A DNA stretch of 64,000 nucleotides from a virus (lineage: Duplodnaviria > Caudoviricetes), in the IMG/VR virus record IMGVR_UViG_3300035208_004923, positions 128,001 to 192,000 of that record. The stretch is one strand, 5' to 3'. Below, piece after piece: positions 1 to 10,143 of this stretch. The position numbers and the translations under genes were made by a program. Position 1 is the stretch's first letter; each line of letters begins with the position of its first letter. Under the pieces are notes generated by a model that saw nothing but the letters and a program-made list of their open reading frames with translations, was not told the origin of the DNA and made no database searches.

Positions 1-252
1 TTTATTGCAAGATTCAACAAACGTTAGACTATCGTAAACTTTTAAAATTATAGGTGTATAACCGGACGTTTTTATCTTATTTATTATGTTCTGCTTTAAC
101 GCGTTTACACTTGTCGATTTAAACATGTGTGCAGTCATTCGCATTCCTTTACCTCTACCTACATAAAAAGGTTCATAATTAAAAATGATATCATCAAATG
201 TATAATTGCCAGGCTTCAACGGATTGAGATAAACATACACATAAAATTCCAT
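1..252 (-). CDS. GIY-YIG homing endonuclease-like protein (partial, runs off window; not in ORF track)
   Basis: Manual translation from ATG at 252: MEFYVYVYLNPLKPG...EPFYVGRGKGMRMTAH, matching the YVY...YVG..R..H GIY-YIG pattern. Confidence 0.7.
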   Translation of the reverse strand, partial: MEFYVYVYLNPLKPGNYTFDDIIFNYEPFYVGRGKGMRMTAHMFKSTSVNALKQNIINKIKTSGYTPIILKVYDSLTFVESCNK

Positions 253-316
253 ACTTGATATTTTTATTTATATATTCATATAAGATTACAAAATTTGTAA
301 TCTTATTAGCAAAACA

Positions 317-556
317 TTATTCTAACATTTTATTAAGTTCAATTTTAATTCTTTTCGCTGTTTCTCCGCGCCAATATTGTGCATTACCTAAAAAGTAACA
401 AATAATAGATCTTGCAGAATCAGCGTAATAATTATCATTTATTGATTGCAACGTTGACATTGCGTCAAGATATGGTTTTGCACCGTAACCGACGTTTTTC
501 CAATCGGAACGAATTTCATTTGCAATTTCTTTTAGTGGTCGATGATTTGTTTCCAT
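317..556 (-). CDS. hypothetical phage protein
   Basis: 79 aa ORF directly downstream of a class 1 promoter. Confidence 0.7.
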   Translation of the reverse strand: METNHRPLKEIANEIRSDWKNVGYGAKPYLDAMSTLQSINDNYYADSARSIICYFLGNAQYWRGETAKRIKIELNKMLE

Positions 557-576
557 TTTTATTTTATCAATTAATT

Positions 577-615
577 AAAATCAAATATACAACATTTATG
601 ATGTAATAGCAATAG
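577..615 (-). promoter_or_regulatory. class 1 (host-sigma, Bacteroidota-type) promoter
   Basis: Minus strand TTGCTA-ttacatcataaatgttg-TATATTTG = TTG-N20-TAnnTTTG; five conserved copies in window. Confidence 0.75.
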
Positions 616-617
616 TT

Positions 618-1409
618 TTACTGATTATTTTGCAATAAAATTAAATTAGAATTTGACATTAAAGCATCAACCTTATCATTATCTAAATTCAACAAGAAAT
701 TTGAAAGTTCATTTGATAACTTTATAAAATTTTGTTGAACTTTTTCAAAAAATTCTTCGCGTTCTTTTGTCCAAGCAATGATTGTGTATTCTCGTTCAAA
801 TATACCTGCGTTGTTATGCGAATGATGCAAAAACTCAGATGTTGTTTCACAGCCACCAGTATCAGTATGTGCAGTAGTTGCAGATGTAGGTGAATTTCTT
901 TTCCTCGAGTAATACGTTTTTATTTTTGGCGCATCTTCATCATTAAATAAATAACGATTTGTTTCTTTTACATAAGAAACAAAATATTGAAACGATATGT
1001 TTGTTTTTAATCCTGCATCAGCATGATTATAATCAGTTCTACATTTTAATGTTCCAGTCGAAAACTTAATACAAATTACCTTTGTTTCATTTGCAAGTTC
1101 AATTCGTTTACGTTCAATTGCGTATGTTGATGCTTCAGAAATAATTTTACGCAATTCACGTATGTCAGTAGAAACAATTTTTTGTTTATATGGCGGGTAG
1201 CAGCCTCTATCATTATATCCTTTATGACCTTCCTTCATAAACCACGGTGTGGTATCAACAATATAAGAATATAAATGTTTAGGTATTTTTGTTGTATAAG
1301 AAATACTTTGGATATCTTCTGTTATATCGGTCATTTCAATGTCAAGATTCTTCTTTTCCATTTTCAAAAAATCTTCCGATGCAATTTCAAATGATAAATT
1401 AATTTTCAT
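618..1409 (-). CDS. hypothetical protein
   Basis: ~263 aa ORF, ATG at 1409, downstream of a class 1 promoter. Confidence 0.7.
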   Translation of the reverse strand: MKINLSFEIASEDFLKMEKKNLDIEMTDITEDIQSISYTTKIPKHLYSYIVDTTPWFMKEGHKGYNDRGCYPPYKQKIVSTDIRELRKIISEASTYAIERKRIELANETKVICIKFSTGTLKCRTDYNHADAGLKTNISFQYFVSYVKETNRYLFNDEDAPKIKTYYSRKRNSPTSATTAHTDTGGCETTSEFLHHSHNNAGIFEREYTIIAWTKEREEFFEKVQQNFIKLSNELSNFLLNLDNDKVDALMSNSNLILLQNNQ

Positions 1410-1428
1410 ATTCAATTTTTATTAATGT

Positions 1429-1465
1429 AAAATCAAATATACAACATTTATGAAGCAATAGCAAA
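1429..1465 (-). promoter_or_regulatory. class 1 promoter
   Basis: TTTGCTA...aaatgttgTATATTTG copy. Confidence 0.75.
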
Positions 1466-1468
1466 TTA

Positions 1469-1717
1469 TTATGCATAAAATTTTTCCAAATGCGATTCTA
1501 AAATTCTTAAGAATTCTCTTTTTTCTTTTATTGAAAGTTCATCATCTTTCAAAAAAATTAATGATTCATCATCTGTTAAATTTTCGCATATATAATCATA
1601 TTCTTCATCATTTATTCTACATGCTGCTTTTATCATATTATCGAAAAGATCATTCACGCCCATTTTGCCACTGACGAACTTTATATCTTCTCGATGTTTT
1701 CTTTTTAATCTACTCAT
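1469..1717 (-). CDS. hypothetical protein
   Basis: 82 aa ORF overlapping the upstream stop by 4 nt. Confidence 0.65.
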   Translation of the reverse strand: MSRLKRKHREDIKFVSGKMGVNDLFDNMIKAACRINDEEYDYICENLTDDESLIFLKDDELSIKEKREFLRILESHLEKFYA

Positions 1718-2334
1718 AACTTATTAACCAATTTTAGTAATTCAGCTTTATATATGATTTCGCCAGGTGATGTTATACTAGATGCAACTAATAAGTAATC
1801 AACAATACCCACATACTGTTCGATATTTGAAAGTGATACACCAGATGCAATTGCCATTGGGTGTTCACCCAAGTATTCACGAATTGCTAGTACTTTATTT
1901 ATATCTGCTGCTTTACCTGTTCCTACGCCACTTGTTGTTGCGACATCTGTTGCAATTTTTGCGTCTTCACATGCTAATTTCAAATCTTTTGGCTGTGGTT
2001 GATATTTGAATGCTAATCCGCCGAAGAAAATGCCTTTAAAATTTCTAACCAATGATGCATCAAGTGATGAAACCGTGCCATCGCACCATAAGCCGTCAAC
2101 TGATAAATCGTTGTGCAGCGCCATTAATGTGCTGATGCCTAACATATTAACGCCTACCCACAATTCAGGATAATCTTTTTTAACACGTAATGCGCATTCT
2201 ATTAATTCATCTACGGTTACTTCATGGTTAATCAAAAATACTTTTTTGATACCGCATTCAATACAAGTTCTGACATTTGTTAAAACTTGATTTTGATTCA
2301 ACATATGAATCACTGGAATAATTTCTGTTTTCAT
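1714..2334 (-). CDS. BtpA/SgcQ-family TIM-barrel protein
   Basis: IIPVIH start, GVNML, FGGLAFKYQ, TTSGVGTG and IASGV...LVASSI phosphate-binding barrel motifs. Confidence 0.7.
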   Translation of the reverse strand: MKTEIIPVIHMLNQNQVLTNVRTCIECGIKKVFLINHEVTVDELIECALRVKKDYPELWVGVNMLGISTLMALHNDLSVDGLWCDGTVSSLDASLVRNFKGIFFGGLAFKYQPQPKDLKLACEDAKIATDVATTSGVGTGKAADINKVLAIREYLGEHPMAIASGVSLSNIEQYVGIVDYLLVASSITSPGEIIYKAELLKLVNKL

Positions 2335-2582
2335 TATTTTTTAAATTTGTTTACAACCAAAGAATCATTTTCACGTGTAAAGAAAACGGTATCGCCTGCG
2401 TGCATGCAATTGCATGTGTCTTTTACGTATAGATACTTATAATACTTTGGAAATGTTGCATGTTGCAATAAATACGAATAACCTATTGAATCCCAATCAG
2501 GTTGTTCATATCCTAATATGACATACGTTGGATGGCAAGAATACAAACAAATGGAAAGTAATAGTACGAACAAATATTTCAT
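2334..2582 (-). CDS. putative lipoprotein
   Basis: MKYLFVLLLSICLYSC lipobox-like signal. Confidence 0.5.
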   Translation of the reverse strand: MKYLFVLLLSICLYSCHPTYVILGYEQPDWDSIGYSYLLQHATFPKYYKYLYVKDTCNCMHAGDTVFFTRENDSLVVNKFKK

Positions 2583-2584
2583 AA

Positions 2585-2860
2585 TTAATTAATAGTTTTT
2601 AGCGTTTTAATAGATAAACCAACATATATGCTTGCACCGTATAATTCCGGGATTGTTTTATTTGCGTATAATTTTTCGATTGATTCTTGAAGTTTTAAAC
2701 TTTCATTAATTAAATTATCAACTTCTTTTTGCAACTCCGCTGGTGTCATTTTTGTTTCTTCTATGACTTCAGGTTTTTTAACCTTTACAGTATTCTTTTT
2801 AACAAATTTGGTACTTAACGTTTCAGCTACTTGTGTGAAATCTCCAGATAAATTATTCAT
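2585..2860 (-). CDS. hypothetical protein
   Basis: 91 aa ORF, first gene after a class 2 promoter. Confidence 0.6.
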   Translation of the reverse strand: MNNLSGDFTQVAETLSTKFVKKNTVKVKKPEVIEETKMTPAELQKEVDNLINESLKLQESIEKLYANKTIPELYGASIYVGLSIKTLKTIN

Positions 2861-2889
2861 ATACTTATGTTTAATATTAATTTTATTTT

Positions 2890-2913
2890 ATATACAGATC
2901 TTTGTAATAGTTT
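2890..2913 (-). promoter_or_regulatory. class 2 promoter-like motif AAACTA-N12-GTATAT
   Basis: One of 12 copies with invariant 12 nt spacing. Confidence 0.65.
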
Positions 2914-2942
2914 TAACAAAAAAGTATTATTAGATAGCATCC

Positions 2943-3003
2943 ATGATTCATTAGAACAAGTATATGAAACTTTATACAACTTTTTATATACAACTATACA
3001 AAA
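2943..3003 (-). repeat. dispersed ~60 bp element, copy 1
   Basis: Minus strand TTTGTATAGTTGTATAtaaAAAGTTgtatAAAGTT...TGAATCAT; related copies near 24500 and 60840. Confidence 0.55.
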
Positions 3004-3006
3004 AAT

Positions 3007-3043
3007 AAAAGGTTCTCTAACGATATGTTTTAGAGAACCTTTT
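3007..3043 (-). terminator. rho-independent terminator after portal gene
   Basis: AAAAGGTTCTCTAA...TTAGAGAACCTTTT inverted repeat with T-rich tail. Confidence 0.75.
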
Positions 3044-3047
3044 ACTA

Positions 3048-4703
3048 TTATAAACCTGGAATATCGACACCACCGCCAGAATCACCACCGCCAGAATCGC
3101 CTTCTTGTTTTTTCTTAGGTAATGGTTTACCGGTTCTTGGGTCCAATCCTAATTTTCTTCTGTTAATATATTTTTGATTTTGTTCCATATCAGATTGAGA
3201 CATTTTCAAATATTTTTCTGCTAAGAACATTGCATCGAAAAATGGTACTTGCGAATCCATTCCTGAATCATCTTTTTCATTTACCATTAATCCTAACATG
3301 TTTGTTACGAATTCTACACGTTTACTTTGAACGTCCATCATTTTCATTTCCTTGAACAAGTTTTCTTCTTCATAATCAAGTCCTAACGCAGATTTGAACA
3401 TGTCATCATTTTGAAGGAAAGGGTATTTCAATTGAACTTGAAGTATTACCGGCTTGATTATAATTTCTTGGAAAATAGAACGAAGACGAGTTATAAATTT
3501 AGAGAATCGAATTTCTTCACGACTCATACCGCCAGCATCCATTCCCCATGATCCACCGCCGCCTTCATTATCAAAACGTTCAAATGGAATTTTTGAATCT
3601 GATTTCAATTTATCGTAAAAATATCGAAGTGCTTCAGTATCAGATAAATCCGTTCCTGCTGTTTGCATTACATCAATTTCAGGTTGTTCACCTGCTTTAG
3701 AAGGAAACAAATAATTTTTATAGAATTGCATTGAAGGTCTACCGTTAACTGACAATTCACCAGAATCCATATCAAGATTAATATCTTCTTTATAAATTGC
3801 CATCATTTCAGCAAGTGATTCTTTTGCTTTTTGAGGAGATTTTGTACCGATTGGCACAATCATTTTAATACGGAATGATGCGTTCATTACGTTCCATATT
3901 GTTCTTGAATTTTCAAGAATACGTAATAAGTTAAATGAACGAATTAATCTTTCAACGTATGATGTACGGTTTGAAAAGTTTCCTTTTGCATAAGATATGT
4001 AAATAATCTGTGAATCATACAATTCTCTTTTCATTGTTGGAATATCTTCGTATTGAACCCAGATTTTTTGCAATTTTCCATTTTCATCTTTCGATATACC
4101 AGGACGAAGTGAACCTGCATCAAGTTCTTTAAAACCTACAATGTTTTTTGATTCGGGATCATAAATAATTTCAAATGCAAGAAATCCATCTATTAAGAAT
4201 TGTTTGAAAAAACTCCATGCATCTTGTCCTTCAACAAAGTGATGCGCATAATAAATTTTATTGAATGCACCCCAGATGTAATTGATAATTTCATCTTGAA
4301 CATCATCTTTTAGAATACGTCTTAAGTTTTGTAAATCTGGCTTACAGAAAAAGTTTCTATCATCATATACAATTGCTTCATCTGTAATTGTTTCAATCAT
4401 AAAGTCAATTTCGCCATTCATTGCAAAATTACGTAAGTAATCTCTTCGTTGAGGATATCCTTTGTCGAAGTATGCAATGAATTTCTTTTGTCCAATATCT
4501 GCTAATGCTAATGAATATAAAAAATCCTCAGGCATAAACCCTTGGTTGCCCATCATTGCTTCCGTAGCACCAACGGCTTTAGATTGTTGTATGATCATAT
4601 CCTCATAGTTCATCCCAAGACTTGCAAGTCTTTTGATTGATTTAGAAATTGACCATCCAGCAACAGTTGTTCCGTCTACTTGACGGTTAAGAAATCCTGC
4701 CAT
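3048..4703 (-). CDS. gp20: portal vertex protein (T4 gp20-like)
   Basis: 551 aa; FLIDGFLAFEII, NLLRILENSRTIW, YFYDKLK...KIPFERF, EEIRFSKFITRLRSIF; head-gene context. Confidence 0.9.
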   Translation of the reverse strand: MAGFLNRQVDGTTVAGWSISKSIKRLASLGMNYEDMIIQQSKAVGATEAMMGNQGFMPEDFLYSLALADIGQKKFIAYFDKGYPQRRDYLRNFAMNGEIDFMIETITDEAIVYDDRNFFCKPDLQNLRRILKDDVQDEIINYIWGAFNKIYYAHHFVEGQDAWSFFKQFLIDGFLAFEIIYDPESKNIVGFKELDAGSLRPGISKDENGKLQKIWVQYEDIPTMKRELYDSQIIYISYAKGNFSNRTSYVERLIRSFNLLRILENSRTIWNVMNASFRIKMIVPIGTKSPQKAKESLAEMMAIYKEDINLDMDSGELSVNGRPSMQFYKNYLFPSKAGEQPEIDVMQTAGTDLSDTEALRYFYDKLKSDSKIPFERFDNEGGGGSWGMDAGGMSREEIRFSKFITRLRSIFQEIIIKPVILQVQLKYPFLQNDDMFKSALGLDYEEENLFKEMKMMDVQSKRVEFVTNMLGLMVNEKDDSGMDSQVPFFDAMFLAEKYLKMSQSDMEQNQKYINRRKLGLDPRTGKPLPKKKQEGDSGGGDSGGGVDIPGL

Positions 4704-4720
4704 ATAATTTTGTTTTTTAT

Positions 4721-5380
4721 TTATTTATTTCCTTTTGAAATTGCGTAATATTCATTATAGATTTCATTCAGATCTTTACCCATAATGTCTTGTGCTTTAA
4801 TAAAAGGAATATCATTCCAATCATCATATTCAACAAGACTTGATAATTTTATTCTAGACCGAATATATTGTCTATATGCAAAACCGTAATGTATATTTGC
4901 ATGTTCAAAAATTTTAATAGTTTCCAACCAATTTCTTAACGCAGTTATTAATTTTGTTGCTAAGAAAATTGATTTTGTATTTGCTGCTTTTTCACCCGCA
5001 TTGATGTCTGCCGAAAACTTTTCGTAAAATAATTGCAACGTTCCTACTTTAACCTTTTCAGGCAAAAAGTTTAAATTTACGCCAACAACAATATCATTAC
5101 CTGTACCTTTTGCTCTGTATACATCATGACACAAAATAATAGGCCGCGTATCGTAATAATCTAAACGATCTTTATATAAAGGTGTGTATTGAAAAGTATA
5201 TATTTTACCAGGTATAAAAAAATTGCTTGACCCGTGTTTAAAATTGATACGTTCATTCAATTTGAATCCATCTGGGTCAGGTTGTCCCAATTGATACTTT
5301 TTAATAAAATTCTTATAAGCATTTGCGCGTAATTGAATATTACCTGCATTTTCTCTATAATATTGTTTTGGTGGTATCAT
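4721..5380 (-). CDS. gp2: DNA end protector protein (T4 gp2-like)
   Basis: PGKIYTFQY.P..KDRLDYYDTRP and GVNLNFLP motifs; next to gp4-like gene. Confidence 0.75.
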   Translation of the reverse strand: MIPPKQYYRENAGNIQLRANAYKNFIKKYQLGQPDPDGFKLNERINFKHGSSNFFIPGKIYTFQYTPLYKDRLDYYDTRPIILCHDVYRAKGTGNDIVVGVNLNFLPEKVKVGTLQLFYEKFSADINAGEKAANTKSIFLATKLITALRNWLETIKIFEHANIHYGFAYRQYIRSRIKLSSLVEYDDWNDIPFIKAQDIMGKDLNEIYNEYYAISKGNK

Positions 5381-5382
5381 AA

Positions 5383-5874
5383 TTATTGATTAAAAAGAAA
5401 GTCTTCGGTTACAACTAGAAACTTACAGCCTCTTTTTGCTGCGTGCATTTTTGCAGCTGCAAATTTTGCTGTATTGATAATGAAAGTTTTCAATTGTTCG
5501 TTGTAAACCATTAACATTTTATGCGTATTTTTCTTTGGCGGCAATGGTTTTAATAATTGCGCTTTAGGCTTAACTTCAACTAAGTATTCTTCAACCACGC
5601 CATTCGATTGTTCGATTTTGATATAGAAGTCCACAAAATATTCGTGGACTCTTTTATCAATTGGACTTATGTATTGAATTGCAAATGGTTCTGATGACCA
5701 TTTTAATACTTTTTGTGAACTGTCGCAAAATACACAAAATTTTCTTTCCCATGATGAACGATAAATTATCTTTGTGATATCACCAATGTATTTTACAGGA
5801 TTTCTAGCGACATACTTTCCAGTTATGTTTACGTTCCTAGATGGAACGATTGATTTAATATCAGTTTTTGCCAT
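5383..5874 (-). CDS. gp4: head completion nuclease (T4 gp4-like, TnsA-N fold)
   Basis: NPVKYIGD, IIYRSSWERKF, WSSEP, YFVDFY, LVEVKP. Confidence 0.88.
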   Translation of the reverse strand: MAKTDIKSIVPSRNVNITGKYVARNPVKYIGDITKIIYRSSWERKFCVFCDSSQKVLKWSSEPFAIQYISPIDKRVHEYFVDFYIKIEQSNGVVEEYLVEVKPKAQLLKPLPPKKNTHKMLMVYNEQLKTFIINTAKFAAAKMHAAKRGCKFLVVTEDFLFNQ

Positions 5875-6239
5875 TACATGTTGTGTATATTCTCGTGTGA
5901 TAACGATACTTTGTTGATTGTTTTAATTGGATGTAGTTTTTTCCATCCTTTTTTTAATCCGTTAAGAATCATTCTTGTGAAATAAGCAAATGCGTACTCT
6001 GAACGTTCAGGATCATAACCTTTCCAATATCTAAGAACATCTTCAATTGCAAATGCAACGCAATCTTCTTTATCCATTGGGTACTTATAACTATTAGTTC
6101 TTGAAATTTCATTACACATAAGAACCAACATATCAGTTGCATCTCTTGTTAATTCGCCTTTACTTTTAGATTCGATTATTGCATTTCTAAATTCTTCGGG
6201 ATCTACGTAGTATTTCTTGTTTGATTTTTTTCTTCCCAT
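5874..6239 (-). CDS. gp55: late-transcription sigma factor (T4 gp55-like, short form)
   Basis: YYVDPEEF, YKY..DKED, YDPERS..AFAYFTRMILN. Confidence 0.8.
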   Translation of the reverse strand: MGRKKSNKKYYVDPEEFRNAIIESKSKGELTRDATDMLVLMCNEISRTNSYKYPMDKEDCVAFAIEDVLRYWKGYDPERSEYAFAYFTRMILNGLKKGWKKLHPIKTINKVSLSHENIHNM

Positions 6240-6275
6240 GTTTTTTGGATTTTAAATTGTGAATACTTTATATGC

Positions 6276-6311
6276 AAAAAAGTTCTGTATAGAAATTATA
6301 TACAGAACTTT
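6276..6311 (-). terminator. terminator hairpin overlapping a class 2 promoter motif (6298-6321)
   Basis: AAAGTTCTGTATA...TATACAGAACTTT inverted repeat with a T run on the minus strand. Confidence 0.6.
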
Positions 6312-6332
6312 CCAATAGTTTTTATTTTGAAA

Positions 6333-8618
6333 TTACTCAGCTATCTTTATAAACTTTTTAAGTGTATATGATTTATGTTTCAATCCTTCACCGACACGTA
6401 TTTCAATTTTATCATTATCGCCTTTTGATGTATAATCTATAGCTTTTACAAGAATATCCCCAAGGTCACCTTCAAGTTCTTCGCCTTTTGAGCTTAACAT
6501 TTGTCCTTTAACAAAACCTTCTTCATTGTTTTCTTGTATCTGAACAGATTGAGAACCATCTTGTCCTGTTAGTTTTATTTCAGGGTTGTTTTCGTTAGAT
6601 TTTTTTTTTAATATTTCAACTTCATGTAAGAATTGTTGAGGAATTGAAACGCTTTTACCATCATTCATTGCAACGATTGTGTTATTATTTGTATCGTTAC
6701 CTTGAACTATTCCAATCATGCCATTTTTCAATTTTACTTGGTCTCCAGATTCAAGTGGGTTTGTAATATCTTCACCTTTTTTGATGTCATCGCTGACAGT
6801 CATTGCTGTGTTTTTTTTATCAAGTTTATTTACGCCATCAGGATCATTTGCTTCAAATGCTTTAGCATCATCAGTTTCAAAATATTCGCCTAGCGATTTA
6901 GCTTTAGTAATTGCGGATGCAGCATCTAAGTTTTCTTCAACAATTGTATAATCATTTGATTTATAATCAGATAATGTTTGTTTTCCTATAAAGAATTTTT
7001 TATTATCACCTTCTTGTGCAAAGTAGATAGTAGCATTTTTATTTGATTCATTTGTCCAAAAAGTTGCAACATCATCAGCTTGTTCAAAATCTTCATCATT
7101 GAATAAAGTATTTACTTTAGTTAATGAATTTATTTTATTATGAACTGCATTTTCATGTTCTTTTAAAGAATTGATTTCAGTATCAATTGCAGAAAGTAAT
7201 TCTTTAACTTCAGCATTTTCTCTTAAAATCGGATTAGATTGCGTTTGAGCAATAACAGAAGCTTTCTTATCAGATAAAAGTTGTATAGCTTCCATTAATT
7301 CACCTTTTTCTACTTCAAGGTTTTTTAACTTTTCAGTTTCAGCAGGTATTAAATCTTTTAGCGATTCAGATATGTCAAATCTTAAATGTTCAAGTATAAG
7401 TTGTTTTGTTTGAATGCCGTTTACATTTGTTATGAATTCATTAGATTTTTGAGATTCATTTACTTTAATTAAACAAATAGATTTTTCTGTTTTGTAAACA
7501 TCAGCCCATTGGCCTTTCATTGTTTTTGAAACTAAACGTTTACCGTAATCAATTTCGTAAACATTTCCGATGTTTTCATATAGAACAGCAATTTGTTTTA
7601 GTATTTCATTTTCATTTTGACGGAATATACCTTCATTCATAAAATATTTAGTGAATGTTTGGTATGGTAATTCTTTGCCATTTAAAACAATTTTTGTATT
7701 TTCGCCTTCGATGATTATGTCAACATTTTTATTACCTGACGGTGTAGATACTGAAATTTTATTTTCAAATACACGAACGTTAGGTTGCGACAAGAAAAAT
7801 GCAATACTTACAAAATCCTGTGGTAAAGTTTTGATTTCAGCTTCAGTTAATGATTTAATTTTATCGTTTTCTTTTACTAAGAATCGACCTGATGCGAAGA
7901 ATATTTCACTTTTCTCATTGATTAATACTGGAGAATAGATTTTCTCAATTGATACTTGTCCATTTGCTTCGATTTGTAATCCGCCTTCAGATAGAATAAG
8001 AATTCCATGAAGATGTTTCATACTAGCATCGAATAAATACGGATTTATTTTTTCAATAACTGCTTTTCTAGTTTCTGCTGTACGTTCAACAAAATACGTA
8101 TCAAGTTCTTGTTCAAACATTTTTGAAAGATACGAACCTGAACTATTTTTAAATTCATACATGAAATTTGCTAACTGAATATCTTCTTTATATTTTTCAA
8201 TACTTTCAGATATTTTTGCAATATCAGCTTTTAACTCTAAATTCCAACTGTATTGTTTTAACGAATCAACGTATCTTTGTGCAGTTACATACTCAGGTAA
8301 AGATTTAATGGTTTGTGCCATTGATTCAATAAGAGGTTTGATTGTTGGATAATGCATTAAATCACTATTCATTAATCTATTGTGCGATTCTCTTACACCT
8401 AAATTACTTATTTCGATAATACGATTTTCTCGCATTATAAAAGTAGCAACTTCTTTATCGTCGATATTTGCAAGGTCCTTCACAAGAGTTTCAGCAATAA
8501 CTGAATCCATGAAGCCATTAGATTTGCAAGCTTCCAATGCAGCGTTAGATAATTCTATCGCTTCTGTTGAACTTGTTCTCTTTTTTAATAACGCTATTCT
8601 ATCTTTTAGATTTAACAT
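6333..8618 (-). CDS. large hypothetical protein, probably virion-associated
   Basis: 761 aa, coiled coil, KOW-like segment (GDQVKLKNGMIGIV); preceded by class 3 motif. Confidence 0.6.
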   Translation of the reverse strand: MLNLKDRIALLKKRTSSTEAIELSNAALEACKSNGFMDSVIAETLVKDLANIDDKEVATFIMRENRIIEISNLGVRESHNRLMNSDLMHYPTIKPLIESMAQTIKSLPEYVTAQRYVDSLKQYSWNLELKADIAKISESIEKYKEDIQLANFMYEFKNSSGSYLSKMFEQELDTYFVERTAETRKAVIEKINPYLFDASMKHLHGILILSEGGLQIEANGQVSIEKIYSPVLINEKSEIFFASGRFLVKENDKIKSLTEAEIKTLPQDFVSIAFFLSQPNVRVFENKISVSTPSGNKNVDIIIEGENTKIVLNGKELPYQTFTKYFMNEGIFRQNENEILKQIAVLYENIGNVYEIDYGKRLVSKTMKGQWADVYKTEKSICLIKVNESQKSNEFITNVNGIQTKQLILEHLRFDISESLKDLIPAETEKLKNLEVEKGELMEAIQLLSDKKASVIAQTQSNPILRENAEVKELLSAIDTEINSLKEHENAVHNKINSLTKVNTLFNDEDFEQADDVATFWTNESNKNATIYFAQEGDNKKFFIGKQTLSDYKSNDYTIVEENLDAASAITKAKSLGEYFETDDAKAFEANDPDGVNKLDKKNTAMTVSDDIKKGEDITNPLESGDQVKLKNGMIGIVQGNDTNNNTIVAMNDGKSVSIPQQFLHEVEILKKKSNENNPEIKLTGQDGSQSVQIQENNEEGFVKGQMLSSKGEELEGDLGDILVKAIDYTSKGDNDKIEIRVGEGLKHKSYTLKKFIKIAE

Positions 8619-8679
8619 TGTGAAGATTTTTTTATTTTATTTTATTATATATTTATGTAAGCAAATGAATATTTTACAA

Positions 8680-10113
8680 CTATACTATCGTTATAAAGCC
8701 AATATCACCATTTTCGTCTAATAGAATTCCGTTGCCACGGCCTGTAGCATCAGAAACTTTAAACGTAATCTTAGTGTTTATAGTTGCAACGTATCCAGAA
8801 CCGCCTACTAATCGTTCTGAATCGTATCCTACGATTTTTCCATCTATAACTGATGGAATTATTGAAGCACCGCTTCCTGTTGATGATTCAATCTCTAACA
8901 TTGTTGTTTGGTCATAATTATTACCAGGTTCAACAATTATTATGTCAGAAATAGAGCCATCGATGTCAACAACTGCTTTCACAACAGCACCGCTTCCTTT
9001 TGCATTGGGCGTAATTACAAGAACATCTATTAAACCTATCATATTTGGTATAGTCCATGTATATTCTCCTATACTTGCATCAATAAGTGTTGCAATTTGT
9101 ACCCATTCTGTACCAGGATATAGTGCGTAATACAAATTGACTTTATGAATGAAATTTGCAAATGTCCATTTTATTGTTACGTCACTAGTTGCAACTCGTG
9201 ATTCGTTTGCAATAGGATTTATAATGTTAATTGTATTTCCGGAGCTATCATTGATTTGTTTAAAATCTCCAATCAATATAGCATCCATTTTATTTGAAGC
9301 AAGTCTTGCTGTTTTTCCATTTGCTGAACCATTATCTGTAATAGAATGAACTACTTGTCCTTTTTTAACATTAATTTTGTTTCTTCTACTTTCGCCGACA
9401 TAATATGATATGTCATTATTATTCATAGGTGTTCCAAGGTTCGAATCTTTGATTGCTTTTTTTGAACCTAGATTAGGTTCATCAAATATTGGAAAATACG
9501 TTTCCAAAGACAATGTAAATGTCATAGCAATTTTTGTTTCTGATGGATATGAAAATTCAAACGATTTTTCAATCGGATATGTTTCAGGAAAACCGACTTG
9601 ACATGGTATCATTAAACCTTTATATGCAACATTAAAAATTTGTACTTTATAAAAAACTTCAAGTATTGATTGATAAAGTTTAAACATATTTGTCATTGTA
9701 TCTGTATGAATTTCAACATCAAAATTCAAATCCAATGGCAAACTATTTATATATGCATTGTACACTTCCATTTGGCCGTCAACGATTCTTGTGTAATTTC
9801 CACGAATCCAACGTTGGGTCATGTTTCCTTTGTTTATTGTTGAATCATTAAGTTTAACAACACCTCTTGGCATTGGGTCAAAATTGCCATCCATGAATTT
9901 GGGATGGGCACACGAACGCCAATCTAAAAATGCGTCTTGAAGATATCTTTCATCACCTGTTGTCGAATAATAAAAAGGAACTTCTACAATTTCTTGTTCA
10001 TCATTAGACCATACATTCTCGAAAAAAACTTCCTGATTTAATAAATTGATTAATCCAATTATCACGGAACGTAAATGAATATCGTCTCTATTAAATTTTT
10101 CTAAATACGCCAT
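8680..10113 (-). CDS. tail sheath stabilizer/completion protein (gp15-like) with C-terminal beta-rich extension
   Basis: VEVPFYYS, MPRG, PLDLNFDVEI, QSILEVFY; C-terminal GSGA...PGNNY/GGSGY structural repeats. Confidence 0.6.
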   Translation of the reverse strand: MAYLEKFNRDDIHLRSVIIGLINLLNQEVFFENVWSNDEQEIVEVPFYYSTTGDERYLQDAFLDWRSCAHPKFMDGNFDPMPRGVVKLNDSTINKGNMTQRWIRGNYTRIVDGQMEVYNAYINSLPLDLNFDVEIHTDTMTNMFKLYQSILEVFYKVQIFNVAYKGLMIPCQVGFPETYPIEKSFEFSYPSETKIAMTFTLSLETYFPIFDEPNLGSKKAIKDSNLGTPMNNNDISYYVGESRRNKINVKKGQVVHSITDNGSANGKTARLASNKMDAILIGDFKQINDSSGNTINIINPIANESRVATSDVTIKWTFANFIHKVNLYYALYPGTEWVQIATLIDASIGEYTWTIPNMIGLIDVLVITPNAKGSGAVVKAVVDIDGSISDIIIVEPGNNYDQTTMLEIESSTGSGASIIPSVIDGKIVGYDSERLVGGSGYVATINTKITFKVSDATGRGNGILLDENGDIGFITIV

Positions 10114-10143
10114 TTTGTTATTTTATTTTATATATTCGCAATT

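Noticed and set aside
5383-5874. TnsA transposase / Tn7 element
   Set aside because: Same fold as T4 gp4; it sits between gp2 and gp55 with no tnsB/C genes or transposon ends.
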